A stretch of DNA of 64,000 bases. Origin: Podarcis liolepis (lineage: Eukaryota). The stretch lies in assembly GCA_965112155.1 (NCBI GenBank), contig OZ218104.1; one strand, given 5' to 3'. Made by a program: the position numbers and the translations under genes. Positions 22,249 to 35,512 of the stretch are shown piece by piece. Within the stretch, counting starts at the first letter, position 1. Every line of letters begins with the position of its first letter. Below the pieces are notes generated by a model that had not been told where the DNA came from, ran no database searches, and was given only the letters and a program-made list of their open reading frames with translations.

Positions 22249-25200
22249 CCTTCCACACATTGTGGGTGTAGATGCAGATTATGAATCTTTCTGAATTAAC
22301 TGGCTGGCTGCACATTCCGACACAGGTGAGGAGTTTTTGTTTCTTGATTTCATTCATACCCCACCTTTGGCAGCTCCCCAAGACCAGCTGGCGAAAAGTT
22401 AAGTGTTACAATAAAAACACACAAATGGAGCTGGATGCCTTGGTACGGCAGGGTGGGGGGAGCAACCAAAGTTCATGGCGAAGGCAAAGCAAAATGTCAT
22501 AAAACAGTGAGTATGTTTTTGGGTTCTTCATAACATTCTTCCAGGTAGATGTCAAACAAGACTGAACAAGGAAGGGGAAAAGTTGACTGATGTTGAAACT
22601 ATAGAATCTTGCCTTCCCCAAGCTGGTGCCCTCCAGATGTTCTGGACTATGAAACACATCATCCTTGACCACTGGCCATGTTGGTTGAAGCTGATAAAGT
22701 CCAAAACATATTGAATGTAGCAGGTTGGGGGAGGCTGATTTAAACCCAGTTGTAAGATGGAATGTGGGAGGGGACAGCAGATTTGAACAATTAGACTCAA
22801 GTATGATCTATTTCAACAATTTATATACTGTTTAACAACTCAGTCTCTAGGCTGTGTGCAGTAAGGTTTAAAAGCTACAATAAAATTAAGTTAAAAGTGG
22901 CCAGAAAACCAGCTCAGCTAAGTACTATGAAAGTTTCAAGTTTCAATCTAGGACCGCCCCAAAGGTTGCTGTGACCAAGAAACATACAAATGTTAAATTT
23001 TTGAAAATTTAAAATCCAGATGTTACTGGAGACAGCTCCATCCTTAGGCAAAATACAGTTTCCTTGGTACGTGCAAAGGAGAAGGAAAGAGAAGCTGCAC
23101 AGTTTTTACATTAACAAAGCAAGAGGTTAATTTTAGGTGGTGTATTTGGGAAAATAAGGCAAACCAAACTGAGTAGCATTATCTAGTAGTTGAAGGGAAT
23201 GTGGCCTTAAAAACAACAACCAAATAACAGCAGCAGCAACAGCAGCAAACCAAAGCATCACAATATAAAAGATGCAGGTAAGTAGCTGTGTTGGTCTGAC
23301 ACAGTCGAAATAAATTAAAAAATTGCCCAGTGGCACCTTAATATAAAAGATGGTTGTCAGCATTTGCAGACACTGCTTATTAGATGTGATTGGTTCCCCA
23401 ATACCAAAGTGAGACTGGGCCATGAACTTTAGCTGATTAATTGATTTCAATAATTGCTGAAAATATCAGGATATATATGCAATGCAAAAGTTCCCAGCCC
23501 CTGTTGAAGTATGTATATAAAAACTGGAGGTATCTTTGAGGAGGTCTTTCCTCAGGGCAGTTTATGGTGCCTTTGGTGTCGCTCATGCAGGTATGCGTCT
23601 GCTCAACATTTAATTGGAATTTACCATTTCGGTGGAAAATCCGATTTAAAAAAAATACAAAAAAACGGTAAATTTGGATTAAATTGGGGGTCATATGGGA
23701 CAGTAGTTTGATTAGGATAATGCCGTGTGGATGCTGTGGAAACCTCACATGGATGAATAGCACCAAGCCCACCAGAAACTACCATAGAAAGTACACTTGC
23801 ACTGTTCGGAAAATATCTAATTTGATTTACAGAAATATTGCAAGCCTGCTTTGGAGTTCCCTTGAACTCTTTTTCAGCCTAAGGTAGGGATGGGGAACCA
23901 AATGCAGCCTTCCAAGCCTATCCAGCCACCAGGAGCCTCATCACGCCCCCTAGTGCCCTGCTGTGATAATGTCTCTTGCTTCCATGGGTGGAGGATAGAG
24001 AGGGGTGTGAGAGAGTGTGTGGAAATGAGCCTACTGTACAGAGGTAAAATTTGCCTGCATTGCTCCACCCACATTCACCTCTGGCCACACCGACTCATGA
24101 CATGTGGGGCCCCCCAAAAGGAATTGCAGCCTTGAGCTGAAAACTGTTCCCCACCCCTTGAGCATAGGGGTGGACTAGGACCTCCAAAGCGCCTTCTGTA
24201 GCTGTGTGGTTGTTCCCTCTCCTGTATTGTCTCCTGTGCTTTGGGTCTTTGTTGGTTAGAGTTCCTAGAAAAATATTGTGTATACCCTGATGGTGCAATC
24301 TCAATACTAAGACAAAAAAAGAAAAGAATTGGCAGCTATGCTAATCTGTTCCCTCCCACATTCCATCATGATCTTCAAAGAGCAGCTGCCCTCGCACCTA
24401 GTCTGCAACTTGCCCTAACAGGCTTGTTTGACATACACCAGCTTTAGAGAGTGTGGCATCCCAAAGGAAAGGGGGGAAAGGAAAGGGGTATTGTGTGTGC
24501 TAGGCTGTCCCACACCGCCTCTGGGTCCCGTATGCACTTTTGCAGCCCCATCAGCTGCAGAAAACCGGCTGAGCCGAAGCCTCTCTCTCTGCCACCCCCT
24601 TCACAACTCAGAAAGGATTCCTTTCTTCTTGCACAACCCAAGAGGCACCACACCCTTATTGCTCACACAAAAATAAGGCAGCTCCTTACAGTGCAATGAG
24701 CCCGGCTTTTTTGGCGCTTCCCTATGCAGGACGGGGAGAAAGTTTTATGGCATAAACCCTAAAGGTACGGGGTCTTGCCTCCAGGGAGACTTCCCAGCTT
24801 TTCTCTGGCCGAAGTTGGCAAGGGAGATCAAGGGAGATTCTGAGTTGGTAAGTAGAATTTAACTTTATACCGGTGGATCGAGGAAGTGGCACAGATTATT
24901 CTGAGTGAATAGATTTCGTTGCTCTGGCTCCAATAACACCGTGGTCGTTAGATCTGCCTAGAAGAAATCTTCCAGACGGCTTGCCCAGGAACAAATCAAA
25001 CCTGGTTGGCAATTCTTATTTAAAAGGAAAGGCTTTTTTAAAATGTCTGTTATAAAGAAAGTACACCCTCTTATGCTTTTCTGTAAGTGGCTTGACGCAC
25101 CTTAGAGACTGTTGGGGCTGAGAATCTGAACTCTAAAGCGGGGGGGGGAGGTCTTTAGGACTTAAAAAAAGTAAGCATCTTTGTGGGGGGTGGAAGGCTG

Positions 25201-26399
25201 ACAGTTCTTTAATGGGGGCATGATCATTTGAAAGCACCTTTGACTTCAGTAGGAAAAAGCTGGGCATGTGTTCAATCCTTCTGTTACGAGAGAGTGCGAA
25301 AGAAAGAAAAGACTTCACGATCTAAGAAGTAAATGCAATTGTATGCACAGTTTTTGGAAGCAAGTCTCGCTGCAGTCAACAGAATTCAGCCCCATGTAAA
25401 GGATCTGTCCATTTTTAAAGTTACTGTTAGTGCGTGCTTCATGCTAGCTGCATTTTCAAGGGAAGCGTAACCGTGTGGGGCCCCGATTCAGCGTGGGGCC
25501 TGTAGGCAGGGCTTAATCCTTTTCTCCCTGCACCAGTCTGAAGTCGACCCACCCACCCCCAGATGACACTGGCCCCTAAGAAGATGCTTACTTCATATTT
25601 ACACATTGATATTAGTGTCTCTAGGATTTGCGCCCTAAGGAGTAGATCACAGGTAGAGTCTCAGACCTGCATTTGCTTACAAAGGAGGCTGGTGGTGAGA
25701 ACCACTTAGGTCAGGGTCCACAAACTACCATCTGTGGGCACTGTGGTGCCCTTGGGCATCTGCCTTAGTGCCCGCCTCCTGGCTCTCCCCGGTGTTATTA
25801 TTACTGCTGTTGTTAGTAAAAATAACTTTAAAATAAGGAGTTTGGCTTTGGGGGATTGCCTTTTGTGAGGGCTGACTGGCTATTTTGCCTGTATTTTATT
25901 TGTCGAGGGTTGTGTGGGTTGTTTGGGTATCTCAGAGGGTTTTCCTCTGGGAAATGGGCATTTTGTGGTGCTCATGATAGCTTTCCAAATGTGCCCTCAG
26001 GCCCCCCAAAAGATTAGAGACCCCGATATAGGGGATGGGTTGAAAATAAAAGGCACTGATAGAGCCATCAAATGGCCCTTTGGCATTCCCCAGAAGGCTA
26101 GGCCTTTGAAGTAAAAGGGCCTTAATAAAGTTCTAGGAGACGGAGGGTTTGAAACAAAAGACATCTGTTAACCCTGAGGGACTCCGACATTACTGAGGGG
26201 AGGAATGGGTGAGATTATGAGGAAGTCTATTATCACCAGATGTTTAGGAAAGGTAGAATGACAGAGGGCTGGGTCAGGCCTGCAGCAGAGAGAAGTGTCA
26301 TGGCTGAGGCGGTAAGGACAGGTGTTTGAATGGTGACTTTTCAAAGTGTTGGCCCTAGAAAAGGGATGGGGGAGTCAAGTGGGTTTTGCTATAGGCAGC

Positions 26400-26845
26400 A
26401 CTGGAACACAGAGAGCTGCCTTATACCAAGTCAGATAGCTGGTCCATTTAGCTCAATACTCTCTACACTGGCTGGCAGCCACTCTCCAGGGTTTTAGACA
26501 GGGAGTCTTTCCCAGCCCTACATCTTATAGGCAGTGCTGGAACACAGGAACACAAAAGGTGCCTTATATAGAGTTAGCTCATTTGCCCATCTAGCTCAAT
26601 ATTGCTTACACTGACTGGCAGCAGCTCATCAGGGTCTCTCTCACTCCTACCTGGAGATGCCAGGGATTGAATCTGGGACCTTTGGCATGTATAGCACACG
26701 CTCTACCAGTGAGCCACAGCCCTTTCCATATAGCTCAGTTGTCCAAAGTTTCAGGCAGGAGTCTTTCCCAGCCCTACCTAGAGATGTTGGCAATTGGGTC
26801 TTCTGCACAAAAAGCACAACCTGTACTACTAAGCTGTGTCCCCTC
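26400..26845 (-). mobile_element. Cluster of tRNA-derived SINE fragments with CR1-like tail (Squam2-like family)
   Basis: Repeated block GCTGCCTTATA..AGTCAGA..GTCCAT.TAGCTCA..ACACTGACTGGCAGCAGCTCTCCAGGG...GGGATTGAA.CTGGGACC. Also near 4530, 17650, 20625, 34960, 35520, 40750, 50720, 54191 and 55686. Confidence 0.65.
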
Positions 26846-27070
26846 CCTTTGTGTTTGTTCACAAGGCTTGACTAGTGAGCCCGTTCACACATGCAGCTCA
26901 TCCTGTAATGTGGCAGCCCTCAAGTGATGAGTGCACACAGGGGAACCAGCCACAATTTACTTTCGCAGTTGGTATCAGTTACAGCCCCTGACTTTAAGCC
27001 TTAATCCCAAACTTGTTCAACATTAGCAATTTGAGAAAGGCACTCTGCGCATGCTCAAAGGCATTATCTT

Positions 27071-27550
27071 AAGAACATAAGAACCATCTGTTGCAGCAGG
27101 CCAATAGCCCATCCAGCCCAGCATCCCTCTCTCACAGTGACCAACCAGATGCCTTTGGGAAACCCAAAAGCAGGGCCCAAGCACAAGCGCACTCTTCCTT
27201 CCTATTTTTTCCAGCAACTGGTTTTCAGAAGCATTCCTGCCTCTGAACATGAAGGCAAAGCACAGCCATCCTGGCTAGTAGCCATCAATAGCCCTCTCCT
27301 CCTCCATGAATTTGCCCGGTCCTCTTTTAAAGCCATTCACGTTGCTGGCACATCATTGCCTCCAGTGGCAGTGAGTTCCATAGTCTAACTATGTGCTACG
27401 TGAGGAAGCGTTTTCTGTCATCTGCCCTGAATCTTCCAACACTCAGCTTCACTGAATGTCCATGAATTCCATTGTTGTGAAAGAGGAAGAAAAACTTTTG
27501 TCTATCCCCTTTCTCCATGTCACGCATAATTTTATACATTTCTACCATCA
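27071..27550 (-). mobile_element. Old CR1 LINE 3' end
   Basis: (TTCTTATG)n-type tail at 27071 in reverse; minus-strand translation VEMYKIMRDMEKGDRQKFF...HGHSVKLSVGRFR matches CR1 ORF2. Confidence 0.78.
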
Positions 27551-29196
27551 ACCACCTCTTCATTATTTCACACAAGCAGGGGCTATGAGCCATAATCCTT
27601 TGAGAATAAAAACTGGGATTAGACCAAAGGTCCCTCAAAGATCTCCCAGTCCAATATCCTGTTCTCAAGAGGGGCTTGCTAGATATCTCCAGGAATTGCA
27701 CCAGCAGGCAAGATCTGGTATCCAAAGGTAGTCTTCTACCTATGGAGGTTCCATCTATGGATCACTGCTTACAGTTTTTATAGACCTATTCTTTATAAAA
27801 CTTCCTCCTCCTCCTCTTCTTCTTCCTCCTCTGCTTCTTCTTTTTGCAAGCCATCAGAACAAGCATTGTTCCAAATACTTCCCGTGTATGTATGTGTGTG
27901 TGTCTATGTGCTTTTAATCATTCTTCAGCAAATATTGAGAAAAGAAAGGGCATTCTAAAACTATCAAATAAGGCCCGTGTGTCCAGGGCATAAAGCTCTG
28001 CTCTTGCCCTAGTGGAGAGTAGTGCCTGGCTGTAGGCCCACCCCAGTCTGGCTTAGGAGCCAAGCTCTTAGCTGCAAGCAAGTAGCACATTGGACCATAT
28101 CCAGATGGCTCTCACCACTACAAAGTATGGAAGTAGGCGCATGACTTGAGTTATCAATCTTGAAAACAAGAGCAATTAATTTACTATATATTGTATCAAG
28201 CCCACGAAATACAGGGAAAGTGATTATTATAAGTGGTATCTAACCAAGTCCTACTTAGAGTAGACCTATTGACATTAATGTTCCTTAGTCAGTCATGGCC
28301 ATTAAGTTCAATGGGTTTACTCTGAGCAAAACTAGGATTGGCTGCAACCCTAAATTTGTATACTGTATTTCTTTTTTCCCCACGTTGTGTGTGTGTATGT
28401 GTTTGAAAAGCCTTTAATACGGCAGAATAAGAACAAAGCAAGCTAAGGGTAACCAACGTGGTGCCCACCTCATGTTGCTAGAGCCCAACTCCCATCATCT
28501 AGTGGCTGGAGATGATGTGAGTTGTAGTCCAGCAAAATCTGGAGGGTACCATGTTTGCTTCCCCTGAAGTGAACTGAGAAGGTCTGGGTTCAAGTCTCAC
28601 CTCAGTCATGCATTCATCAGGTGTCTTTTAAGCCAGCTCCTTTCTCCCTCAGCTTCAGTTGCCCATCCGTGATAAATTAGGTCTATCCTTAAATCAAAGA
28701 GTGGGGCTAGGCCCATAGCCCTCCAAATGTTACTGGACTCCAACTCCCATCATCCCCACTCAATATGGTCAATAATAAAACATTAAGGGATCTGGAATGT
28801 TCCACACCATCTGAAGGGCCACGGGGGGGGGGCAGCTCCCTTCTTTAAAGAGCAGTTGAAAAAGTCACTGGCATAATTATTGTAAGCCTGCATTACTCGG
28901 TTGTAAACTGGGTATGTTTTTAAGGTTTGTGCAGCACCTAGGTATGTGGATGATTTATAAAGCTATTGGTGTTAATATAATCAAAGATATATTGAAGAAT
29001 ACTCAGAAAATGATAAATCAGTGCAAAGCATTGTGATTAATCATTTGAGGAAGAGTGAGGGTGATTTGTCTTGGCTTTGGGGACTATGGGGTTGAACTGA
29101 GTCCCGTTGGTTACCTTTATCTATTTATAAAACATTCTAATTGCAAATTACTCTTGCAAAACTGTAACAGACCTGCTAGCTGGGTAGACTGCTATA

Positions 29197-29438
29197 CAGT
29201 GGTACCTCGGGTTAAGTACTTAATTCGTTCCGGAGGTCCGTTCTTAACCTGAAACTGCTCTTAACCTGAAGCACCTCTTTAGCAAATGGGGCCTCCTGCT
29301 GCTGCCGCACCGCCAGAGCACAATTTCTGTTCTCATCCTGAAGCAAAGTTCTTAACCTGAAGCACTATTTCTGGGTTAGTGGAGTCTATAACCTGAAGTG
29401 TATGTAACCTGAAGCGTATGTAACCTGAGGTAGCACTG
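29197..29438 (-). mobile_element. Tigger/pogo-like MITE, inverted relative to the other copies
   Basis: Both TIRs present, TA flanks. Confidence 0.9.
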
Positions 29439-29741
29439 TAGTTTCAGTTCCTGTCACATGGGAAAGAGGGGGCTGAGAGGGGCATAGCTTCCCTGAATCT
29501 TTAGAACAAGCCTCTGTAGTGGATCTGCAATCAGGTTTCAGTTCCATCACTGTTTCCACTAGGCCAGACTTGTTGCTGAGTGCTAGGGCATCTGCTTTCA
29601 TGCAGAAGGTCTACAGGGAATGTCCTCAAACTAAACCACGGGGAGACACTGCCAGTCAGTGCAGACAGCAGTGAGCTGCTAGATGGACCAACAGCTGACT
29701 CAGTACAAGGAAGTTTCCCCTGCTTCTAAGCCTATGAAATT

Positions 29742-29935
29742 TAGGGCTGTCATACGTCCAGATTTTCCCAGACATTACCAGGATTTCAAAGGCGGAATTG
29801 ACATCCGGGGGAAATTTCCAAAAGGTGACGCTTTGTTCTGGATCTTCGACAAGTCAATCAAAAAAATCGCTTTTTGGAAAGCTCAACAACTTTCAGGGTA
29901 TCCTGGTGTTTACTTTTTGAAATACGGCGGCCCTA
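29742..29935. mobile_element. Small hAT-type MITE
   Basis: TAGGGCTGTCATAC...ATACGGCGGCCCTA inverted termini. Confidence 0.55.
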
Positions 29936-30854
29936 AGTTACTAGTCTGCTAAGAGTCAAATAGCCTGCTCTCTTTCTCTCCTTTGCAGCTAGCATGGGAG
30001 CACAGTCGCCTGGTGGAGGAGGGACAGAGCACTCTGTCCCTGGCATCAACCTGCTCGCTCGCCTGCATGAAATTCCTGATCACCTATGGCGGTCAGGCAT
30101 AGCTGCCCTTGCCCAAGCTGTGGGATGTGGTTAGCCAAATAGACATGGTTTGCAGATGGGTCCCCGGTGCTCCAGCAGTTAAGAGGTTAATGCCCCCCCC
30201 CTTCAGGCCTGAAGGTTAGATTATCAGCTCACCTGCAGTGCACTCGCTCACCAGCTAACTCCCATTTAAGTACTGCCTGGAATGCAGAAGCCAAAAGCAC
30301 AGTAATGGTGAACAAGCCTGTTTGCTCTGGGCAGGTTTTTGTGAGACCAGAAAACATGTCACGTGCATCCTGTTAAAGAAGCAGCTCTTTTTGAGCCCTC
30401 CCCGTCCCCAGTCGAGATTTGAGGTGCAAGGTAATGATGGAGCAGCCTGATGCAAAAGAGGAGAGCGCTCTAGATGAGGGAATTCCAGCAGGTGTAGCTC
30501 TGCATGCAAGTTGCACCTGCTGAAATGCCTTCAGCTACATTGCTATTAAAGGTGGAGGCACCCATGTCCCACCCTAGGGGGTGCTGGGAGTTACTAAGCC
30601 TGTCTGTTTGCTTAGTTGCAGCAGTGCACTTAAAATTAAGCTATAATCAGGGTTGCCGTTGCTTTACTAGCCCTGCTCCTGTGTTGTTAACAAAAACCTG
30701 AGATAACAGAAACTGAGTGGTTAGTTTCCCAACACCATCTATTCGCAGGCCAGGAAAAGCTTGACCTCATCCCATGTCTGCATGTGCTGTTAAAAGCAAA
30801 GGGGAAGGGTACTTTTAAACATTGGCTGCCCTCAACTATGAGGCATTCCAAATA

Positions 30855-31096
30855 CAGTGGTACCTCGGGTTACATACACTTCAGGTTACATATGTTTCAG
30901 GTTACAGGCTCCCCTAACCCAGAAATAGTGCTTCAGGTTAAGAACTTTGCTTCAGGAAGAGAACAGAAATTGTGCTCTGGCGTCGCGGTGGCAGCAGGAG
31001 GCCCCATTATCTAAAGTGGTGCTTCAGGTTAAGAACAGTTTCAGGTTACGTACGGACCTCCGGAACGAATTAAGTACTTAACCAGAGGTACCACTG
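30855..31096 (+). mobile_element. Tigger/pogo-like MITE
   Basis: Both TIRs present, TA flanks. Confidence 0.9.
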
Positions 31097-33962
31097 TATT
31101 ACTGTTTTAAGACACAAGTATTAAGCTAGGCAAAGGAATGGCAGAAACCAAATAAAAGTGAGAGTGCAGTATCAATGGATGGTAGGGTTGCCAACTTTTT
31201 CCACTGGCCCCTGCTCCTCAGCCGGCATCAGCAACTGGATCAGCAAACTATGCTGGTAGATGACTGTATTTCAAAAAGCAACAAACCCAGTGCCCTCTAA
31301 TGTTTGTGGCTACTAAGTTCCTGACTATTGGCCGTGTTTGCTGGGGCTCATGCGAGTTGTAGTAAGATGAATAAATAAAAGTTGCAGGCATGGCATTGGG
31401 GAAGGCTGCTGTAAAAATATTCTCTGTTGATTTGTCCAGATCAAGGTGCTGTTTAAGGCTTAGAACCTTTGTTTTTCTGGTCATTTGGCAGCCATACTGG
31501 AGAAATGTCAGTGCTTCTCTGGAATTCAATCTAAGCAAGGCTTCAGCCCATTAAATGAGTCAGCGAGCAAAAGAAGAAGACTTCAGTGACCTTGTTTATA
31601 TCTGTTTGTTTGGGTGGAAGTTGGTTACATTATTTTGCATGCAAACATTTCAGACCCAATGAGTAATGGTTATATAGTATTTGACAATACCTTAGCTGTT
31701 AATAAACTCTTGAGATTATATATTGGACGACTTCCAAAATCAAAACACTCAGGTAATGGAGGCAACCTTTAAAACTACCAACTGTTTGCTTTTACTGGAG
31801 TATATACACCAAGGATGTAAATATGTCCTGACTCTAGGATGGCCAGATGCAACAGAGGAGTGGGGCTGCTGTGTCTTTAATAGGTGTGTAAAGACATTCA
31901 GAAGGTGATTCTTCTCCTGCAAATTAAAAATGCCCTCCTCCACAGAACTATTAAAGGTCCAGTGGCCCTTTCCACTTTTGCATCTGACCACCTGGCACAA
32001 ACAAATCTAGCAGGTGATGCTTTTCCTGGTGGTATTCCAATAGTGAAAGCTTTGACCATTGAGTTTCTGTGTCCAGCTGCTGTTAAAGGCACAGGAGCAG
32101 AGAGCCATCCTGGAATCACATAATGGAAATTGGTTAACATCCAGAGAACACTTTAGTCTCATCCAACCCCTTGCAATTCAGGAATCTCACTGTTGCCATC
32201 TATCTGACATACCTTGGGAGAAGCCCATTGCTTACATTATTTTCTTGGTATCCCAGGTAGAAGTCAAGCAAAACGGCAATTTACAACTTATGGGTGCCCC
32301 ATTTAAGATAATTGTGCCTGCGGTGATGTGTCATAAGCAAGCCAACTTGATTTTACAAGTTAGCAAATCAAACTCCAGCAGTTGTGTAAATACCATTACT
32401 TAATCAGATGTACAAGTGGCTTCCTTTAAACACACCTTTGCAAGTCATAGCACCCCAAAAAGCCTGAAACACCAAATTAAATGCCACACTTAAGCTTGAT
32501 GCAGTAGCCACAATTATTTTTTAACCAATACCTTTTCACAGCCTTTGTGCATGTTATCTGCTTTTAACATGCACTTGCAATATTAACAGAAGCAAAAAGA
32601 ATTACAGCAAAGTTAGACACCCACGTTTTATTTCATGTGCCCATAAAAAGACCCACTTTTCAGATCTCACAGCATGTTATTATACAGAAATTGTGCACTA
32701 ATCTAATGAAGCAAGCTTTTTACATATTTTACTAAAAGATCAGGATTCTTGCTGCCTTAGTCTTCGAAAAGGTTTTCAGTCAACTAAATGTGGTGTCAAT
32801 AACGCCAAAGAAGACCCTTAAAATAACACAAACAAAATTCTTCCTGTCATGTTCTCTACCATTCTGATCCTGTCCTTCAGGAATAACTGCTCTGATCTCG
32901 TTCTCTAGTCTCGCTGGATCGGCAGCCCAGCCCATGTGTTCTACATTACAGAAGACAGTCCATTCCTCCTGATGCCAGACAGTTGCCACATCCAGTTGGC
33001 ACCTCTCACCTTTGTACAGGAAATGCCTGCAAGAACTAAGAAACTCAGGGTCACTTATTTATTGAGAGGGCATGTGTTGTAGGCAGGCACGCTTCTCCTT
33101 GTCTTTCAAGAACGAACCACCAAGACATAACCTTCCATGTAGCTGTGCATTTAACCTGTGTGATATTTCAGATGCAAATGACAGCTCATGGAGGGAATGT
33201 TACATAATTATTGGGATTGCAGCAGATAGGGGGTTACCCACTTCTTCCCTTGCTGCTGCCCAGACAAAAGTCCCTCCTTTGAAAATTCTTGCATGTGCTA
33301 ATTTATCACATTTAGAAATCATGAACATAATATAAAGAGAAATGCAGTTCCATGGGCCTGTTGCCCAGGTAAGGACTGTTAAAATCATTTTATATTTAAT
33401 CTGATCTTGTACAAATACCATACAAATAGAGAACTGCTTCAAATAGAGGACTGCCCGCTGTAAAAGCAGAGCAAACAGACACCTTAACTGCAGGGGAAAC
33501 ACCCAAATTTCCTTATTCTCAATATAGACATAAAATTGACTACTTTAGTTTCAAAATATGTATTTAAATGCATACGTTGATATGGTTAAGCTTGCCTAGA
33601 CTTCTTGATAGGCCTTTGGCTGTGGTAAGTTTCTTGAGACTGGGGAACTGGGAGCCTCTCGGTTGTGGAAAACATGGCAAAGCAGGATCAGATTTTGCAG
33701 CTCAGTGCGTAGGGTAAATGGCCATTCTTCAAAAAGAAATGTCTTTTTTTCTCCTTATTAAAAGCATATGTTGGCAGGGCTTTCCCTACCCACATGTTTA
33801 CTTTAACGAATGACTGCACGTTGTTTGCCATGACTGGCCTTGCTGTTATATAATAATAGACATATAAAATTGCAATGCAATAACACAATGTTTTAAAATG
33901 AACAGTAGAAATGCGCTTGGCAAAAAAAAGCAAGTACACAACACAAAGGACAAGTATCTAAC

Positions 33963-34629
33963 TAGGGGTGGGGGGAGAATTTTGATTCAGTTCACATTTA
34001 TTTAACTTATAATTTAATGAATAAATTTATATCCTACTCTTCCTCCCAAAGGAGCCCGGAGTAACAGGCAAACATATACAGTGGTACCTCGGGTTACAAA
34101 CACTTCAGGTTAAAGACTCCGCTAACCCAGAAATAGTATTTCGAGTTAAGAACTTTGCTTCAGGATGAGAACAGAAATTGTGCTCCGGTAGTGTGGCAGC
34201 AGCAGGAGGCCCCATTAGCTAAAGTGGTGCTTCAGGTTAAGAACAGTTTCAGGTTAAGAACGGACCTCCGGAACCTGCCTGACTCACTTTCTGAAACAAT
34301 AAGTATTCCAAAGCACAGTCATTCAATGAAATTCCCACTTCTCCGAATTTGCGTTGAAATTCCCCAGCTAAGTAATGTGTATAAAAATGCATCTATTAAG
34401 GTAAAGTGTTCATTAAAATACTTGTACAGTTTATGGAAACAGCACCTTATTAGGATAAATTGCTTTGCAAAAGTGTGTACATTAGGAGAAATTTGCGCTG
34501 AAATTCTGATGGATTTTCATAAGGACCTTTTAAAAATGCAATCTGACCTGTAAATATGGAGAACTGAACTTAAGATGGCAAAAGTGAGAAACTGAGAGCA
34601 GCCGAAAGTGACAGGTTCTCCCATCCCTA
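33963..34629. mobile_element. AT-rich hAT MITE containing a nested, right-end-deleted Tigger-like MITE (34079-34274)
   Basis: TAGGGGTGGG...CCCATCCCTA termini, degenerate 8-bp TSD TATCTAAC/CATTTAAC; the nested copy starts TA-CAGTGGTACCTCGGG. Confidence 0.7.
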
Positions 34630-35163
34630 CATTTAACCCCCCATGGAATCTCAATGGAAAAAGAAGCTAGGGAACTAAGAGTTAAATGGAAAGCTATTCC
34701 ACCACTCTGGTGTGTTCCTTCCAGAGGGTAAAGAGCTAAGTGGGTGGACTGTGCACACCACTAGGGATGAAAGGGAAAGACTGGTTAGACAGCTGACTAA
34801 AATCTAATTAGGTTGCTTAAGGAAGAGCTACTGCTGTCCTGGAAAAACCTGACCTAGATGGGATGAGGGATGCATTTTGGATGCCCTTAACAGCAACCCC
34901 CAACGCTTGCATTCTGCCACTGTATATGAGATTCTGACAAGTCAGAAGGAGCAAAACAAACAAGCTGGCTCACACCAAATCAGGCTATCTCACTCAGTTG
35001 CATCCACGCTGACTGGCAGCAGCTCTCCAGGGTTTCAGAGAGAAAACTCTCCCAGTGCTACTTGCAGATACCAGGGATTGAACCTAGGATCTTTTGCATG
35101 GGCTCTGCCTCTGAGCTACCACCCTTCCTCAAGCAATTACTCCGCCTTACACTGAGTCAGGTA

Positions 35164-35512
35164 GGGACGCGGGTGGCGCTGTGGGTTAAACCACAGAGCC
35201 TAGGACTTGCTGATCAGAAGATCAGCAGCTTGAGTCCCCGCGACAGGGTGAGCTCCCGTTGCTCGGTCCCTGCTCCTGCCAACCCAGCAGTTTGAAAGCA
35301 AGTCAAAATGCAAATAGATAAATAGGTACCACTCCAGCGGGAAGGTAAATGGTGTTTCCGTGCGCTGCTCTGGTTCGCCAGAAGCGGCTTAGTCATACTG
35401 GCCACATGACCCGGAAGCTGTATGCCAGCTCCCTCAGCCAATAAAGCGTGATGAGCGCAGCAACCCCAGAGTCAGCCATGACTGGATCTAATGGTCAGGA
35501 GTCCAATTACCT
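35164..35512 (+). mobile_element. Sauria SINE, full length
   Basis: GGGACGCGGGTGGCGCTGTGGGTTAAACC head and ACCTTT tail. 14-bp TSD TTACACTGAGTCAG at 35147-35160 and 35513-35526. Confidence 0.92.

Noticed and set aside
35164-35245. tRNA-like A/B boxes as tRNA genes (also in other SINE heads)
   Set aside because: They are SINE heads continuous with SINE bodies, tails and TSDs.
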